This document shows positions 1 to 12,657 of a stretch of 64,000 bases of DNA, piece by piece (position 1 is the stretch's first letter; every line of letters begins with the position of its first letter). Where the stretch lies: contig OZ076414.1 in the NCBI GenBank assembly GCA_964187785.1, positions 26,908,001-26,972,000 of the forward strand, in the 5' to 3' direction. Position numbers and translations under genes: made by a program. The notes under the pieces are model-generated. The model was not told the DNA's origin, made no database searches, and worked only from the letters and a program-made list of their open reading frames with translations. This DNA is from Amphiscolops sp. MND2022 (taxonomy: Eukaryota).

Positions 1-98
1 TTCGCATTCGTTTGTGTAGTTCACAACTTTTTCAAGATCGAAGGCAGACCTAGAAATCTTTTCTTTTGTAGGAATTACGTTTGACAAATTGGGTGCTT

Positions 99-1201
99 GA
101 TGCGGTAAGCACCCAAGATCAGTAGTCCCCCTTGTCCATTCATGACATTTTCCAACTCTGTTTCAATTGAGTTTGAATTTCCATCACCTAGCATCACGTC
201 CGTACTTCCGTAATCGGATAATATGCCCAACTCTCTCGTTCTCCTCGTTTTAGCGTTTTGCCTCCTTTAGCGTGGTTGAAGGCATCAGAAATTGTACTGA
301 AAGAAAACTTAACAGTTCCTGTTTTCTTTAATGTTTCAACAAAAAACAATCAGTTTCAAGTGAAGGGTGTATAATAATAACAGTTTTGAGAGTCAATCAC
401 GTACTTTTTGCCCTACTTTGGATGACACCCACAAAAGAGACAATCATTGAAATACTAATAGCAACAAATCTAATTGTAGTAACGACATAGATTCTAAAAA
501 TGGACTTTCACGTCAATTGATTTGAAAATTTGTTTTCATTTGAGGTAAGATCAAACAATCTAGCAGCAGGGGGCAACAAGTTGACTAGCTAACCCGTTAT
601 AAAAATACATAAGTAGCTACTAAACAAAGTCAATGTTTCAACAAATACGAATTTGAAAAGCACGTGTCCGGCCAAGTGCCCAACTTTCTAAAACATTGGT
701 GAACAGGGGTTGCTACTGATCACGGGAATTGACTGAGCGATTAATATGGTCTATTATATAAACATCTCTTGTACTGCACTTGAACGTTAGCGCATAAACG
801 CGTTCACATACTACTTTCATAGTCTCAACCGGCTATTCAACTAGGCGTTGAAAGCCTGTTAGGACGCACGTCCTTACTCGGCCAATCCAATCAGCATTAG
901 ATCAAAGCACCAATATCAAGTATATAAATTTATATGAACACTGCGCTACGACTGGCCAATGTGGTCCCTTCCGGACACGTTAGCTATACTGAACAGGCTG
1001 GCATTTGAGCCCGTTTCCTTTCTGCCTTAAAGTAATTATCAACAAATATATGTATGAACTGAAATTTACAAAGTTGAAATTTTAATATAAACTTCAGTTC
1101 AATAACGGCAGTTTTATACTAAGGGATTGTTCCCGGGAGTGTCCCTTGTGGACAGTAGTTGATGGTAGAGTAATTTCCATCGCAGGCGGGGGCCTTCGAC
1201 A
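99..1201 (-). repeat. 3' LTR of element C (left end truncated)
   Basis: Similar to 12001-12657 plus 30818-31188. Ends in ...CGACA at 1201 (TGTCG on minus), followed by ctcccc (PPT complement). Encodes remnants of the LTR-borne ORF (LSDYGSTDVMLGDGN). Confidence 0.75.
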
Positions 1202-1388
1202 CTCCCCATTGCGATACGAGGAAATTGCCAACTTACACACCTTTTAGGAAGGCCGTTCTTCGGGCGTTGAACCTAACCACAGACTCCTCTCCAGGAATGA
1301 CTGTCTCGTGCAAGTAGTCGATTACGGCCTCATCCTGGATCTGCTCTACTGATTTGCCCCCAACTATACAGTCTGAGCGGTTTGTCAG
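1130..1388 (-). pseudogene. Remnant of the small sense accessory ORF of element C (second copy at about 3875-4133)
   Basis: Manual translation gives DCIVGGKSVEQIQDEAVIDYLHETVIPGEESVVRFNARRTAFLKG..APACDGNY, which aligns with the C-terminus of ORF 33130-33867 (DCVVCGRTYEQIREMSALTFL..RRRREAFIAG..AAACDGNY). Confidence 0.75.
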
Positions 1389-1392
1389 GTAA

Positions 1393-3098
1393 TTGATTTC
1401 AGCAAGTCACTTTGCTCGCAAATGGTTAGTTATCGACTCCACTGAATGTTGGGGAGATTGGTTTCAACTGAGCCCAACTTGGCAAGTGTCTCCGGGTGTC
1501 CATCAGTGGTTATCCAAACATTCGACAAGGCTGGCTTCTTCGCACACGGTGTTAAGAACCCTTTCCGGTACGATGTCTTCAACTTCGCACACTCATGTAC
1601 CAGAAGGGGGCTGTATTTTTGACCGGATATACATCTATGCCCAATCGAAGTACCGGGTGCGTGTCTCCATTTTAGGCCCGATGACTACTAGTTGTGCTCT
1701 TCAGGCCATCACTGCTTGCGACCTCGACCCCAAGACTCTCTCAACGGTGTGCAGCGAACTCATTGCCAACTGGAGTGACGTGTTGGACTACATGACTAAA
1801 TTGGCACCAACATTAGAGATGCAACAATTTCGTAGCAAAGTGAGTGTGTTAGTAAATACTCGCACAAAACATCTCATATTTTCAAGCACTAGGTCTGATA
1901 TAGAAAAAAAGTCTAAGGTGATCATTTTTTCAGACTACCAATGCTTTCTTCTATTACAGCGGCAGAACTTTGAATTGACCGTCATCTTGGATGAGTTCTT
2001 CACGGTGAAGTTGGAATTTTTCTCTGGCCTCATCCGTGAGCGTTAGTGGCTTTCTACCTTCATTCAGTTCCAAATATTTCTGGAATTCTCGATCATCTCT
2101 GTTTAGACACAAAGTGCTTTGAGTGAAGCCTGCTTGGGAGAAGTGACATAATTTTCTGTACGTACGGACAGCTCTGCGAAACTATACCCAAACTCTGTTA
2201 GCGGACAATCCTCTCCGAGTGTGTACCTGCAGACACTGACTGGGCCTCATTCATCCAGCTGTCTGTCCAGACCCGCGCAAATTGTCCATCCGCGTCTTCT
2301 TGCATCGACTCAAAGTGAACTCTGATCTCGACAGTTCATGTTGGATCAAAGCCCAGAGCTACCTTAGTCAGCGAAAGGTGTCCACAGCAGACCTGGACTC
2401 TCAGACTGCTGCAGTTGAAGAGAAACTCACTCAAAAGCAAGGCTCGCAGTTACGTGGTTTTTCTGTTGGATAATGTGCTGCAAGTTGTTCGCCTCATTGA
2501 GGACGTAGTGCGCGGGATGGTCTATTTTGACCCGAATGTCTTGATGTCTCTTCCCATGGAACAGGTCTTGTTCTCCTTCACAGCGTTGCTCAAAAATTTC
2601 CGTCTACGCAGCTGGAATGTGTCTTCCCAATTGGATTGCCGAGTAAATGGAATTCGAGGGTTGTCATTGTCACACCTACAAGGATTTCAAGGACAGTCCT
2701 GGTTTGATCAGGACATGGACGTCCGGTTGGCTCCGCTCCCAGCCTTGCGAAGTCGGAAGAAATTGTTTCAATTGTTTCAACTGAGCTGTTTTTGGCTTAC
2801 CGAGACAAGCCCCGAAAGGCCTCGGATTGGCGTCCAGAACGTAGACACTTCTGATGCCCGTTGTCGGCTTTTTCTTGTTTTTCTCCCCACGCAGTCGTAC
2901 TTAGCGAATGTTCACAACCTGATGGTAGTTTGTACCACCAACTCAGCTATGACCAAGTGTCAAGAGATATGCAGCAAACTTGAATCCGACAGTATTGCAG
3001 CTGATCCTTGGGTTCACATTGATTCCTTTGGAAGGGCGCAGTTGTACAGGAACTTGAGCGTTACTCAGAAGTCGCTACTTCGGTTCAAGCTCCGCAAC
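1393..3098 (+). pseudogene. C-terminal part of the spliced antisense accessory gene of element C, copy 1
   Basis: Segments GCPSVVIQTFDKAGFFAHGVKNPF, AITACDL..WSDV..FRSK and RGMVYFDPNVL..FRLRSW..LSCFW..PWVHIDSFGRA align with the element A gene at 37488-39400. GT-AG intron at 1657-1704; donor at 1840. Confidence 0.8.
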
Positions 3099-4137
3099 TT
3101 TCAAGTGAAGGGTGTATAATAATAACTGTTTTGAGAGTCAATCACGTACTTTTTGCCCTACTTTGGATGACACCCACAAAAGAGACAATCATTGAAATAC
3201 TAATAGTAACAAATCTAATTGTAGTAACGACATAGATTCTAAAAATGGACTTTCACGTCAATTGATTTGAAAATTTGTTTTCATTTGAGGTAAGATCAAA
3301 CAATCTAGCAGCAGGGGGCAACAAGTTGACTAGCTAACCCGTTATAAAAATACATAAGTAGATACTAAACAAAGTCAATGTTTCAACAAATACGAATTTG
3401 AAAAGCACGTGTCCGGCCAAGTGCCCAACTTTCTAAAACATTGGTGAACAGGGGTTGCTACTGATCACGGGAATTGACTGAGCGATTAATATGGTCTATT
3501 ATATAAACATCTCTTGTACTGCACTTGAACGTTAGCGCATAAACGCGTTCACATACTACTTTCATAGTCTCAACCGGCTATTCAACTAGGCGTTGAAAGC
3601 CTGTTAGGACGCACGTCCTTACTCGGCCAATCCAATCAGCATTAGATCAAAGCACCAATATCAAGTATATAAATTTATATGAACACTGCGCTACGACTGG
3701 CCAATGTGGTCCCTTCCGGACACGTTAGCTATACTGAACAGGCTGGCATTTGAGCCCGTTTCCTTTCTGCCTTAAAGTAATTATCAACAAATATATGTAT
3801 GAACTGAAATTTACAAAGTTGAAATTTTAATATAAACTTCAGTTCAATAACGGCAGTTTTATACTAAGGGATTGTTCCCGGGAGTGTCCCTTGTGGACAG
3901 TAGTTGATGGTAGAGTAATTTCCATCGCAGGCGGGGGCCTTCGACACTCCCCATTGCGATACGAGGAAATTGCCAACTTACACACCTTTTAGGAAGGCCG
4001 TTCTTCGGGCGTTGAACCTAACCACAGACTCCTCTCCAGGAATGACTGTCTCGTGCAAGTAGTCGATTACGGCCTCATCCTGGATCTGCTCTACTGATTT
4101 GCCCCCAACTATACAGTCTGAGCGGTTTGTCAGGTAA

Positions 4138-5982
4138 TTAATTTCAGCAAGTCACTTTGCTCGCAAATGGTTAGTTATCGACTCCACTGAATGTTGGGGA
4201 GATTGGTTTCAACTGAGCCCAACTTGGCAAGTGTCTCCGGGTGTCCATCAGTGGTTATCCAAACATTCGACAAGGCTGGCTTCTTCGCACACGGTGTTAA
4301 GGACCCTTTCCGGTACGATGTCTTCAACTTCGCACACTCATGTACCAGAAGGGGGCTGTATTTTTGACCGGATATACATCTATGCCCAATCGAAGTACCG
4401 GGTGCGTGTCTCCATTTTAGGCCCGATGACTACTAGTTGTGCTCTTCAGGCCATCACTGCTTGCGACCTCGACCCCAAGACTCTCTCAACGGTGTGCAGC
4501 GAACTCATTGCCAACTGGAGTGACGTGTTGGACTACATGACTAAATTGGCACCAACATTAGAGATGCAACAATTTCGTAACAAAGTGAGTGTGTTAGTAA
4601 ATACTCGCACCAAACATCTCATATTTTCAAGCACTAGGTCTGATATAGAAAAAAGGTCTAAAGTGATCATTTTTTCAGACTACCAATGCTTTCTTCTATT
4701 ACAGCGGCAGAACTTTGAATTGACCGTCATCTTGGATGAGTTCTTCACGGTGAAGTTGGAATTCTTCTCTGGCCTCATCCGTGAGCGTTAGTGGCTTTCT
4801 ACCTTCATTCAGTTCCAAATATTTCTGGAATTCTCGATCATCTCTGTTTAGACACAAAGTGCTTTGAGTGAAGCCTGCTTGGGAGAAGTGACATAATTTT
4901 CTGTACGTACGGACATCTCTGCGAAACTATACCCAAAATCTGTTAGCGGACAATCCTCTCCGAGTGTGTACCTGCAGACACTGGCTGGGCCTCATTCATC
5001 AAGCTGTCTGTCCAGACCCACGCAAATTGTCCATCCGCGTCTTCTTGCATCGACTCAAAGTGAACTCTGATCTCGACAGTTCATGTAGGATCAAAGCCCA
5101 GAGCTACCTTAGTCAGCGAAAGGTGTCCACAGCAGACCTTGACTCTCAGACTGCTGCAGTTAAAGAGAAACTCACTCAAAAGCAAGGCTCGCAGTTACGT
5201 GGTTTTTCTGTTGGAATGTGTGCTGTAAGTTGTTCGCCTCATTGAGGTCGTAGTGCGCGGGATGGTCTATTTTGACCCGAATGTCTTGATGTCTCTTCCC
5301 ATGGAACAGGTCTTGTTCTCCTTCACGGCGTTGCTCAATAATTTTGCGTCTACGCAGCTGGATGTGTCTTCCCAATTGGATTGCCAAGTACATGGAATTC
5401 GAGGGTTGTCATTGTCACACCTACAAGGATTTCAAAGACAGTCCTGGTTTGATCATGGACATGGACGTCCGGTTGGCTCCGCTCCCAGCCTTGGGAAGTC
5501 GGAAGAAATTGTTTCAACTGAGCTGTTTTTGGCTTACCGAGACCAGCCCCGAAAGGCCTCAGATTCGCGTCCAGAACGTAGACACTTCTGATGCCCGTTG
5601 TCGGCTTTTTCATGTTTTTCTCCCCACGCAGTCGTACTTAGCGAATGTTCACAACCTGATGGTAGTTTGTACCACCAACTCAGCTATGACAAAGTGTCAA
5701 AAGATATGCAGCAAACTTGAATCCGACAGTATTGCAGCTGATCCTTGGGTTCACATTGATTCCTTTGGAAGGGCGCAGTTGTACAGGAACTTGAGCGTTA
5801 CTCAGAAGTCGCTACTTCGGTTCAAGCTCCGCAACTTTCTCTCGTCCTGGATCGTCCTCCGAGTCAAGTGTTGGGGATCGTTCCGTGGTACCGTGTCGTG
5901 GCTAATCAAAGAAGACCTATTTCGGCAATTTTCTCCACTGCTGAGATTTCCTAGACTTTTGAGCGGCTCGAATAAAGAATAG
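4138..5982 (+). pseudogene. Antisense accessory gene of element C, copy 2 (includes the native 3' end)
   Basis: Near-identical to 1393-3098; ORFs 4231-4791, 5253-5591 and 5344-5982. Confidence 0.8.
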
Positions 5983-6149
5983 TTGTACCTTTAATACATT
6001 TGTTTTATCCGTTGTGCTTTTGTATATTACTTTGCTTTGGTCTGTTTTATGTATTTTTTCTACTTATCGTTTAGTCCAATAGTCAGTTATGTCCCGCAAA
6101 AAGTATCTATTTTTTAAAACAAAGAGGGGACTTTGAATTTATATATCCG

Positions 6150-9100
6150 ACTTGTATCTGTATTCATCAGTGAAATTGAGGGTGGGGTCATGTCGAAGGT
6201 TGCAGTTCCCTTCTCTAGGACTAGCAGTTTTTTTCATTTTTTAACTGTTTGATATTCCGGGAACAGTAGTTTCTCGGGCTCTTTCTGAAGCGCTGTCAGG
6301 ATCACAATTTCACTTTCTGAGACGTCATTTGGAGTTTTTGCCAAATTAGGAATTTCGTCGCTACAATTTCGACTATCGCGGCTAAAGGTCGTACTCGGTT
6401 TTTCTTCATTTTCGTCTGCAGTGCATTCTCACCGGTTACGTAATTGTCTGCTACGCTCCGTGAAGCATCGCCTGCTTGTCTCGTAACCGTATTCGGACTG
6501 TCTTCTTGTCTGAGCTCGAATACTAGCTTTGACTTTCCTGTCGTATTACTCTTTTCACTTCAGATAGGACCGTAAAACTTTGTGCTTTGTTTTTTCGTCT
6601 ATCAGTACCTGCATGTTGTATTATTTTTCTGCAAATTCCGTCACCAGCGAAAAATCTTTGCTGGGACTAATACGAAGCTTTTGATCCATGAAATTTAGGG
6701 AAAGAGTCTGTGAAAGACTTTATTCGTCTCATATCCAATACTGGAGTAGTAAGACGTATTGTAACTGAGCACGGCTTGTAAATGTTTCGCTTTTTTCCGC
6801 TATAAGTGTAGTTGGCAAAAAAGAAATGTTTGCCAATATATCAATCATCACCTCTGTCGTATTTGAAATTGTTGCCTTATTTAGAAGGTAGGCAAGCAGG
6901 TAGCTTGAAAAAGCATCTTTTGTCGTCATCACAGTCTGTTATCCACCGCTTGTGGGTGTATTCGGTAAGAGGTCAATCTCCGTTGAGTCATCTGGTCCAG
7001 GGTCCAATTCCGTTAAATCGAGCCATTTTGGCGTTTTTGGGTTATTTGGAACACCTTTGTTTTTTGCACAAGTTCCACAATCATCTAACGAACTTTTAAC
7101 GTTGTTTTGCTTTACCCGGGTAGTTGTATTTCTGACGATTTTCCTGTAACAATTTTATTTTTCTGAATAGATTTGCGCAGTTCCCTGTAGCGCCTGCCAA
7201 AACTCTCTTAACAGGTGTTTTGGTGGATAATTTGTTGGTATTTAGCTTGTCTAGTTCCAACATTCATTGTGACGTTTTCGTCCGTTAAGGACAACGCTTC
7301 TCAAGATATACAGGGTTTGTAGCTCCTTTATTGTTTTAGGATCTCTCATGGGTGTTCTTCTGTTTGGAGTTTTGCTTTCAATCGAATCAAATTGAGATCT
7401 TTGGATCGTTCCGAGAGAATTGTTTTAGTTCTATGTGAATTTTAAAATTTCATCCACTGTATTTTCTCATATTGCATTACTTTGAAGTACGGTTGTGTCG
7501 ACCGTGAGGTTATTCTTGATTTTTTGTACGTTCGCAATCAAATTTGAGCCTCCGTTTCAACGTCGCCTTCTGTGGAAAATCGTTTCTCGGAAGCTCCTGC
7601 TGATTTGACATTCACCTGCGTCTCGACATCCTCGCAAACATTTGAGACCAGCTTTTCTTTAGGATCTTTTTCCATACGCGGCATAGAGTCGGCTGCGGTG
7701 ATAACCCTTCCTGGAATGCGGGCTATTATGAAGTTGAATTGGACGGGATTGTCATATGCATTCAAGAGAAATGGAGGTGTTAAATATCATTCGGACCCAA
7801 TATTTGTTCAATAGGAGTTGCTATAGGGCTAGTAACCTGCATTTGTCAAGGTCTGTGTTAACTTCGTTGGACTTCTTTACTAGCTCAGTGGTCACTATGA
7901 CCTTCTTGTCGTTTTTGGAAAGTAGTTGAAAAAACGGTGCTAGCTTTTCAGACAATCTAGGGTGATGTAATCCCTGTGGTATTTGAGGAATCAAAGATAT
8001 CTCTGTAATTCTTTCTCGGAATTCCAAAAACGGTTGTAATTCTTTTCTTTTGCGGCTTCATTCCCTCTGGGGTGATAGTTCTTCCAGAAACAGAAAAAAA
8101 GTCTCGTTTTCCCACCCAAAGGGACACTTCAGCATAGTTGTTTCCAATCCGGCGTTCCGAATGCTATCAGAGGTTGCCTTCAACTTTTGGATGACATGGT
8201 TGGCGTCCTTGGCAGCTATCTCGATGTCGTCGACGTATTGGGCGCATTGATCTCTTATGTATTTGAACATGAGTATTCACGCATAAAACTTGAAAATGCT
8301 TACAGTGCTCTGCAGAGTCCCTGCGCAGGTGTTCTATAGGAGAATGTCATACTAGCGAAATTCAAAGCGAGTATTTCGATCGATCTTTGATTTGCCAATT
8401 GAAGGCAGTGATGAGCTTGCTGCGAGCAGGCAAGTTTGCAAAAGAGTTTTTTTCCGACCATATTATGCGCAGCGTCCTTGAAGGTAGTCACTGGAAGATT
8501 GTTAATGATGTATTCGTCTAATGAGGTTTTTGATTTTACGAAGATCAACTGGACACCCGTATTTTCCCTTTGGGTATTTCCGACGCAAATTTGGAGCTTG
8601 CGTATTTCGAGAATTGTTGTGTTGTTAGTGTGCCATATTTGTGTAGTAGCGCCTTTCCTACCACTATATGTTGTTTTAAACTGACTGGGGTTGAGACACT
8701 TTGACTGTGCGTGAGAGAATCGTCCTTGGGGGTCAATTTGACTGTGAATTCCTGATTCGATGTTATGCCGAACCGATGGCGGGAAATTATGTTGTGGATT
8801 GTTTCTAGGAGCGGTTGGATTCTTCCCAATTCATGCTGTTGAAGCACACTGAGTAATTCCAGTCAAATTTTTGAAAAATTGCTGGAGTGACTTTTCGTTG
8901 TCCTGAAGGTTCAGCTTTTTGTCATCGTGCAGCGCTTGAGTGTTTTGAAAAATCCATTCTTGTTTTGAACTCCTCGTCCTCTGATTTTTTGGATGTTGGA
9001 GACAAATTTTGCACGTTTTGGTCATTGTTTCGGTTTGCCGTCGGGAGGCTGCTGATATGGTAGGTAGCATCTTCCTGGTTTTCATTCAGTAGAGGCGTCG

Positions 9101-9850
9101 TGGACACTTGGTATTTAGGGCCTCGTGGACACTTGGTATTTAGGGCCTCGTGGACACTTGGTATTTAGGGCCTCGTGGACACTTGGTATTTAGGGCCTCG
9201 TCGACACTTGGTATTTATCTGTATGTTTACCAAAACTTCCGACAACGTGACGATTACAGCGGAAAAGATTATGTAACCTTCTCCAAGCAAAAGAACAATT
9301 GGTTGTAATACCCCTATGACCGTGTTGTCAGAGTAGATCAGAGTTTTGATTGCAACAACTGTTCGGTCATAGGGCGGAATTGTAATGTCTTTGGGGCAGA
9401 GCATAGTTTCCAAGATATTTAAACTTTGTAGCCAGCTGTTATAAGTTGCCTAGCAATTAGGGAAAGTTCAAGGGTCCTTGAAACATGGTCAGGACGGCGT
9501 GGTTTCTTTGTCGAAACAAAAGTCCAATTGTCGGTCGTGTAAATTTTTCCCTGACTATGAAAATTTCATCGAACTCGCTGTCTATTACCTCAATTTTCAA
9601 TGTCCTTCGGGTTTTCCAATTGCCAGTCAGCGACCAAAGTTTGGAGGCACAGGACACGTCCTTCTTGAACTATCAATTGTGGCGCCACAAAGCGAATTTT
9701 CTTGACGTCTCCTTCAGGTATCGCACTTGATGAAGCGAAAATGAGGCGAAAATCAGGCCGTCTTTAGTCAGTTCGCCAAACTCCATTGGAAAGTAAAGCA
9801 TCTTGTTTTATTTGAGTCCGAGATTTGTGGAGAGGGTTTTACCTGTCGGT
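6150..9850 (-). pseudogene. pol: pol of element C (protease, RT, RNase H, integrase), heavily frameshifted and partly deleted
   Basis: RT fragments 8545-8847, 8300-8548 and 8058-8270 (YVDD); RNase H tail 7538-7765; integrase HHCC region at about 7050-7240 and core at 6729-6932. Confidence 0.85.
9098..9217. repeat. 25-bp minisatellite TCGTGGACACTTGGTATTTAGGGCC x4.8
   Basis: Four exact head-to-tail units plus a partial fifth, with no spacers; lies inside the decayed pol. Confidence 0.95.
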
Positions 9851-10599
9851 TCTCTTTTTTTTGCTACAAGGACATTGATGAAGGCCTATTCAACCAGTGG
9901 ACCAGGTGCGGCAAATGAATCAACTTTAGGCTTGTTTTCATCTAATTCGTCTGTATTGTTAGTTTCCGGGTTCGGCAGCCAGAGTTCGACGAGTGCTCGA
10001 AATAATTTGTTATCTACTATCTCGGGATTGTCCTCGTGGTCAGTAGGTGGATGATAGTTTCATATCTCAATTGGGCATTTTCCTTATAGTATAAGCACTT
10101 AAGCCAATACGAATCGAAGCCGTATTCGGGATCAATGTGATTTGTTTTATAACCTTTCTGTTTCAAGTGGTCCGAAATGCGTATTGGTGTCTTTAGTGTA
10201 GTTTATTGCGTAGCAAGGATCTGGTTGGTCGCTATGCATTATTTCGTAAGTTTCGTTACAAGCTTTTTCTATCTCTTGCTGCCAGACAACAGAGTGTATT
10301 CATTTTGCATCCTGGCAACAGCTAATGACTGGAGGGTCGGATATGACGTATTGTCGTATCGACATTCGGTCGTGGATCTGTAGCCGTGGCAAAACTAGGT
10401 TTTTGAAACAGGCTTCTTGGAAGTCGTTCAGTTTGATATGAACGATGTAGTTTTGTCCTCGTTGGTAGCCTATCCTTCATCTCCCGAAGCAGCCGTATTC
10501 TTAGCGACTTGTCTAGACCCTTTGGGTCGTAGATGGGTCTCTGCACTTTGTCAACACTTTTCTGCCGCGAAGTTCCTCTTACTGCTAGTTGTATATTCA

Positions 10600-11400
10600 A
10601 GGTATCTCAGACGTTGATGCTTTTTGCCGTTTTTGGCATCCATTTCCATCTTTTTCTACAATTTGAAGCATTTTGGCCACTCACTGATTTGCTTCGCAGT
10701 ACGTGCGTTGAGCATCTTTGCTGGTGTCAATGCCAGTGGATCGTGGATTCCGTGTATTGTTTGATGTTGATGTCAATGTCGCTTTAGTCAAGTTTTCGTC
10801 TTCCTCCAACGCGTTCAGTTCTTTTTCCAGATATGCCACTGTCTCTTCGGAAGTGCCATTTTCTATTCTCGTCATGTTGCAGATCTTTTCATTTTTGGTA
10901 GCAAATTAGCGTACAACAGGCTGTCAATCATGTTTTGCGCGGTTTCTTCGAATGCGTTTTCAGCGCCCAGGTTTAGTTCTCCAAGAAACATGGTAGTTTC
11001 ATAGTATTCGGGTCGAATAAGAATCGATGCCATTTGTGTTCTCCTGTGGCTTGAGATTAGGGTTTGATGTACTTTTGCCTGAACATGAACATAACGTCTT
11101 TCAATGTTTGGTGGTTTGATTGAGTTTTTTCTTTCGGAACATCTTTATTGCGCTTTTTCGCAAAATGAATGAAAACAGTTAATTCTCATCTGTTCTGTAT
11201 ATTGATCATCGTATGAAACAAGTCTTCGAACAATTCGAATTTTTCACTTTTCCCATCAAAGGTTATTGGGCTGGTCTAAAGGTCAATGAATGCGGTTTTT
11301 TTTAGTTTTACCAGGCCTTCAGATCCAGACTGTTGACCGCATCTTGTGTTGGTTCCGACTTCGAATCAGGCTCAGGTAGAAAAAAAGCTGAATCTGGTGA
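10600..11400 (-). pseudogene. gag: gag of element C
   Basis: ORF 10681-10875 (TRIENGTSEETVAYLEKEL) and the FELFEDLFHTM motif match gag of element A. Confidence 0.75.
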
Positions 11401-11428
11401 AAAACTGAATTTTATATTTTTAGATTCG

Positions 11429-11696
11429 TTTCAGAGTGGATTTGTGATGTTTAAAAATTAGGAACCGATTGTTGGGTGTCGTTGGCTACTGTCAACATGT
11501 GAAGATTTACATCAACGTCCTCTCAAACATCAAAGGCACCTAGAGTCTTCCTTTGTGAGATTAATCTCACAAAGGAAGACTCTAGGTGCCTTTGATGTTT
11601 GAGAGGACGTTGATGTAAATCTTCACATGTTGACAGTAGCCAACGACACCCAACAATCGGTTCCTAATTTTTAAACATCACAAATCCACTCTGAAA
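11429..11696. repeat. 268-bp perfect palindrome (134-bp arms, no spacer, centre TT|AA at 11562/11563)
   Basis: The left arm TTTCAGAGTGG...GTGAGATT is the reverse complement of the right arm AATCTCAC...CCACTCTGAAA. Confidence 0.95.
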
Positions 11697-11779
11697 TTGA
11701 CATTAAATGATTTCGATTTATTACTCAGACCTTTGTCACATGACGACGTAACGGCCGTTTTGATTTTAAGGCAGGCTCC

Positions 11780-12657
11780 CATATACTTCGGCGTTCTGGG
11801 ATAACCTTCTCGCTGATGGAGGAACCTATTGCTTTTTTATTTGCGTACGTATCATGCTTATCATAGAGTCCATTTCTTGAGAAAGTCTCATGTTCAATTC
11901 GCCTGATAGTTATTCTACAGAATCTTGGAATCTATCACGTTTTAAGGCTTAACCCGCACTGTCAATATTTTCAACATTGTTTTCCTGAAATGAATTGCTC
12001 TGATGCGGTAAGCACCCAAGTTCAGTGAGTCCCCCTTGTCCGTTCATGACATTTTCCAACTGTTTCATTTGAGTTTGAATTTCCATCACCTATCATCACG
12101 TTCATACTTCCGTAATCTCACTCGGCTTCTCGCTTCAGTGTTTTGTCTCCTGGTCGAAGGCTTCAGAAATTGTACTAAAAGAAAACTTAACAGTTCCTGT
12201 TTTATTTCTTGTTCGAACAAAAAAAACAACCAGTTCCAAGTGAAGAGTGTATAATAATAATTGTTTTAAGTTTCAATTACGTACCTTCATACCCTACTTT
12301 GAATGACACCCAGAAAAGGGACAATCATTGAAATACTAATAGTAACAAATTTACTTATAGTAACGATATAGATTCTAAAAATGGACTTTTACGTTAATTG
12401 ATTTGAGTATTTGCTTTCATGAGCGGTAAGATCAAACAATCTAGCAGCAGGGGGCAATAAGTCGACTAGCCAACCCGTTATAAAATTGTTTAAGCATGTA
12501 ATAAACAAAGTTAATGTTTCCACATATATGAATTTGAGAGACACGCGTCCGGCCAAGTGCCCAACTTTCTTGAACGTTAGGACATAAATGCGTTCACATG
12601 TTATTATGGCTTGTTTTCATCATTTCATTCTACAAGGAGAATAATAGTCTCAACTGG
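11780..12657 (-). repeat. LTR at the 5' end of element C, left part
   Basis: 12001-12657 is similar to 99-832. The minus strand encodes the LTR-ORF remnant LSQEMDSMISMIRTQI, comparable to MSRKLNEIKISLNFQIQDTISSAITEK in LTR A. Confidence 0.7.

Larger units (their letters stand above)
354..5839. repeat. Tandem duplication, two units of about 2.74 kb (354-3102 and 3099-5839)
   Basis: Offset of 2745 between matching anchors (361/3106; 1486/4231); TTTC microhomology at the junction 3099-3102. Confidence 0.95.
99..12657 (-). mobile_element. Ty3/Gypsy LTR retrotransposon, element C (decayed; LTR at its 5' end interrupted by element B and resuming at 30818-31188)
   Basis: Minus-strand gag (FELFEDLFHTM at about 11200-11250; LLYANLLPKMKRS at about 10860-10930), protease region (MLYFPMEFGEL at about 9770-9810), RT (QYVDDI in ORF 8058-8270), end of RNase H (7538-7765) and integrase (6729-6932) ending in NFTDEYRY at about 6155. 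LTR-like sequence on both sides. Confidence 0.85.

Noticed and set aside
9098-9217. CRISPR-like array of 25-bp repeats
   Set aside because: The units are head-to-tail with no spacers, there are no cas genes, and the context is a eukaryotic retrotransposon.
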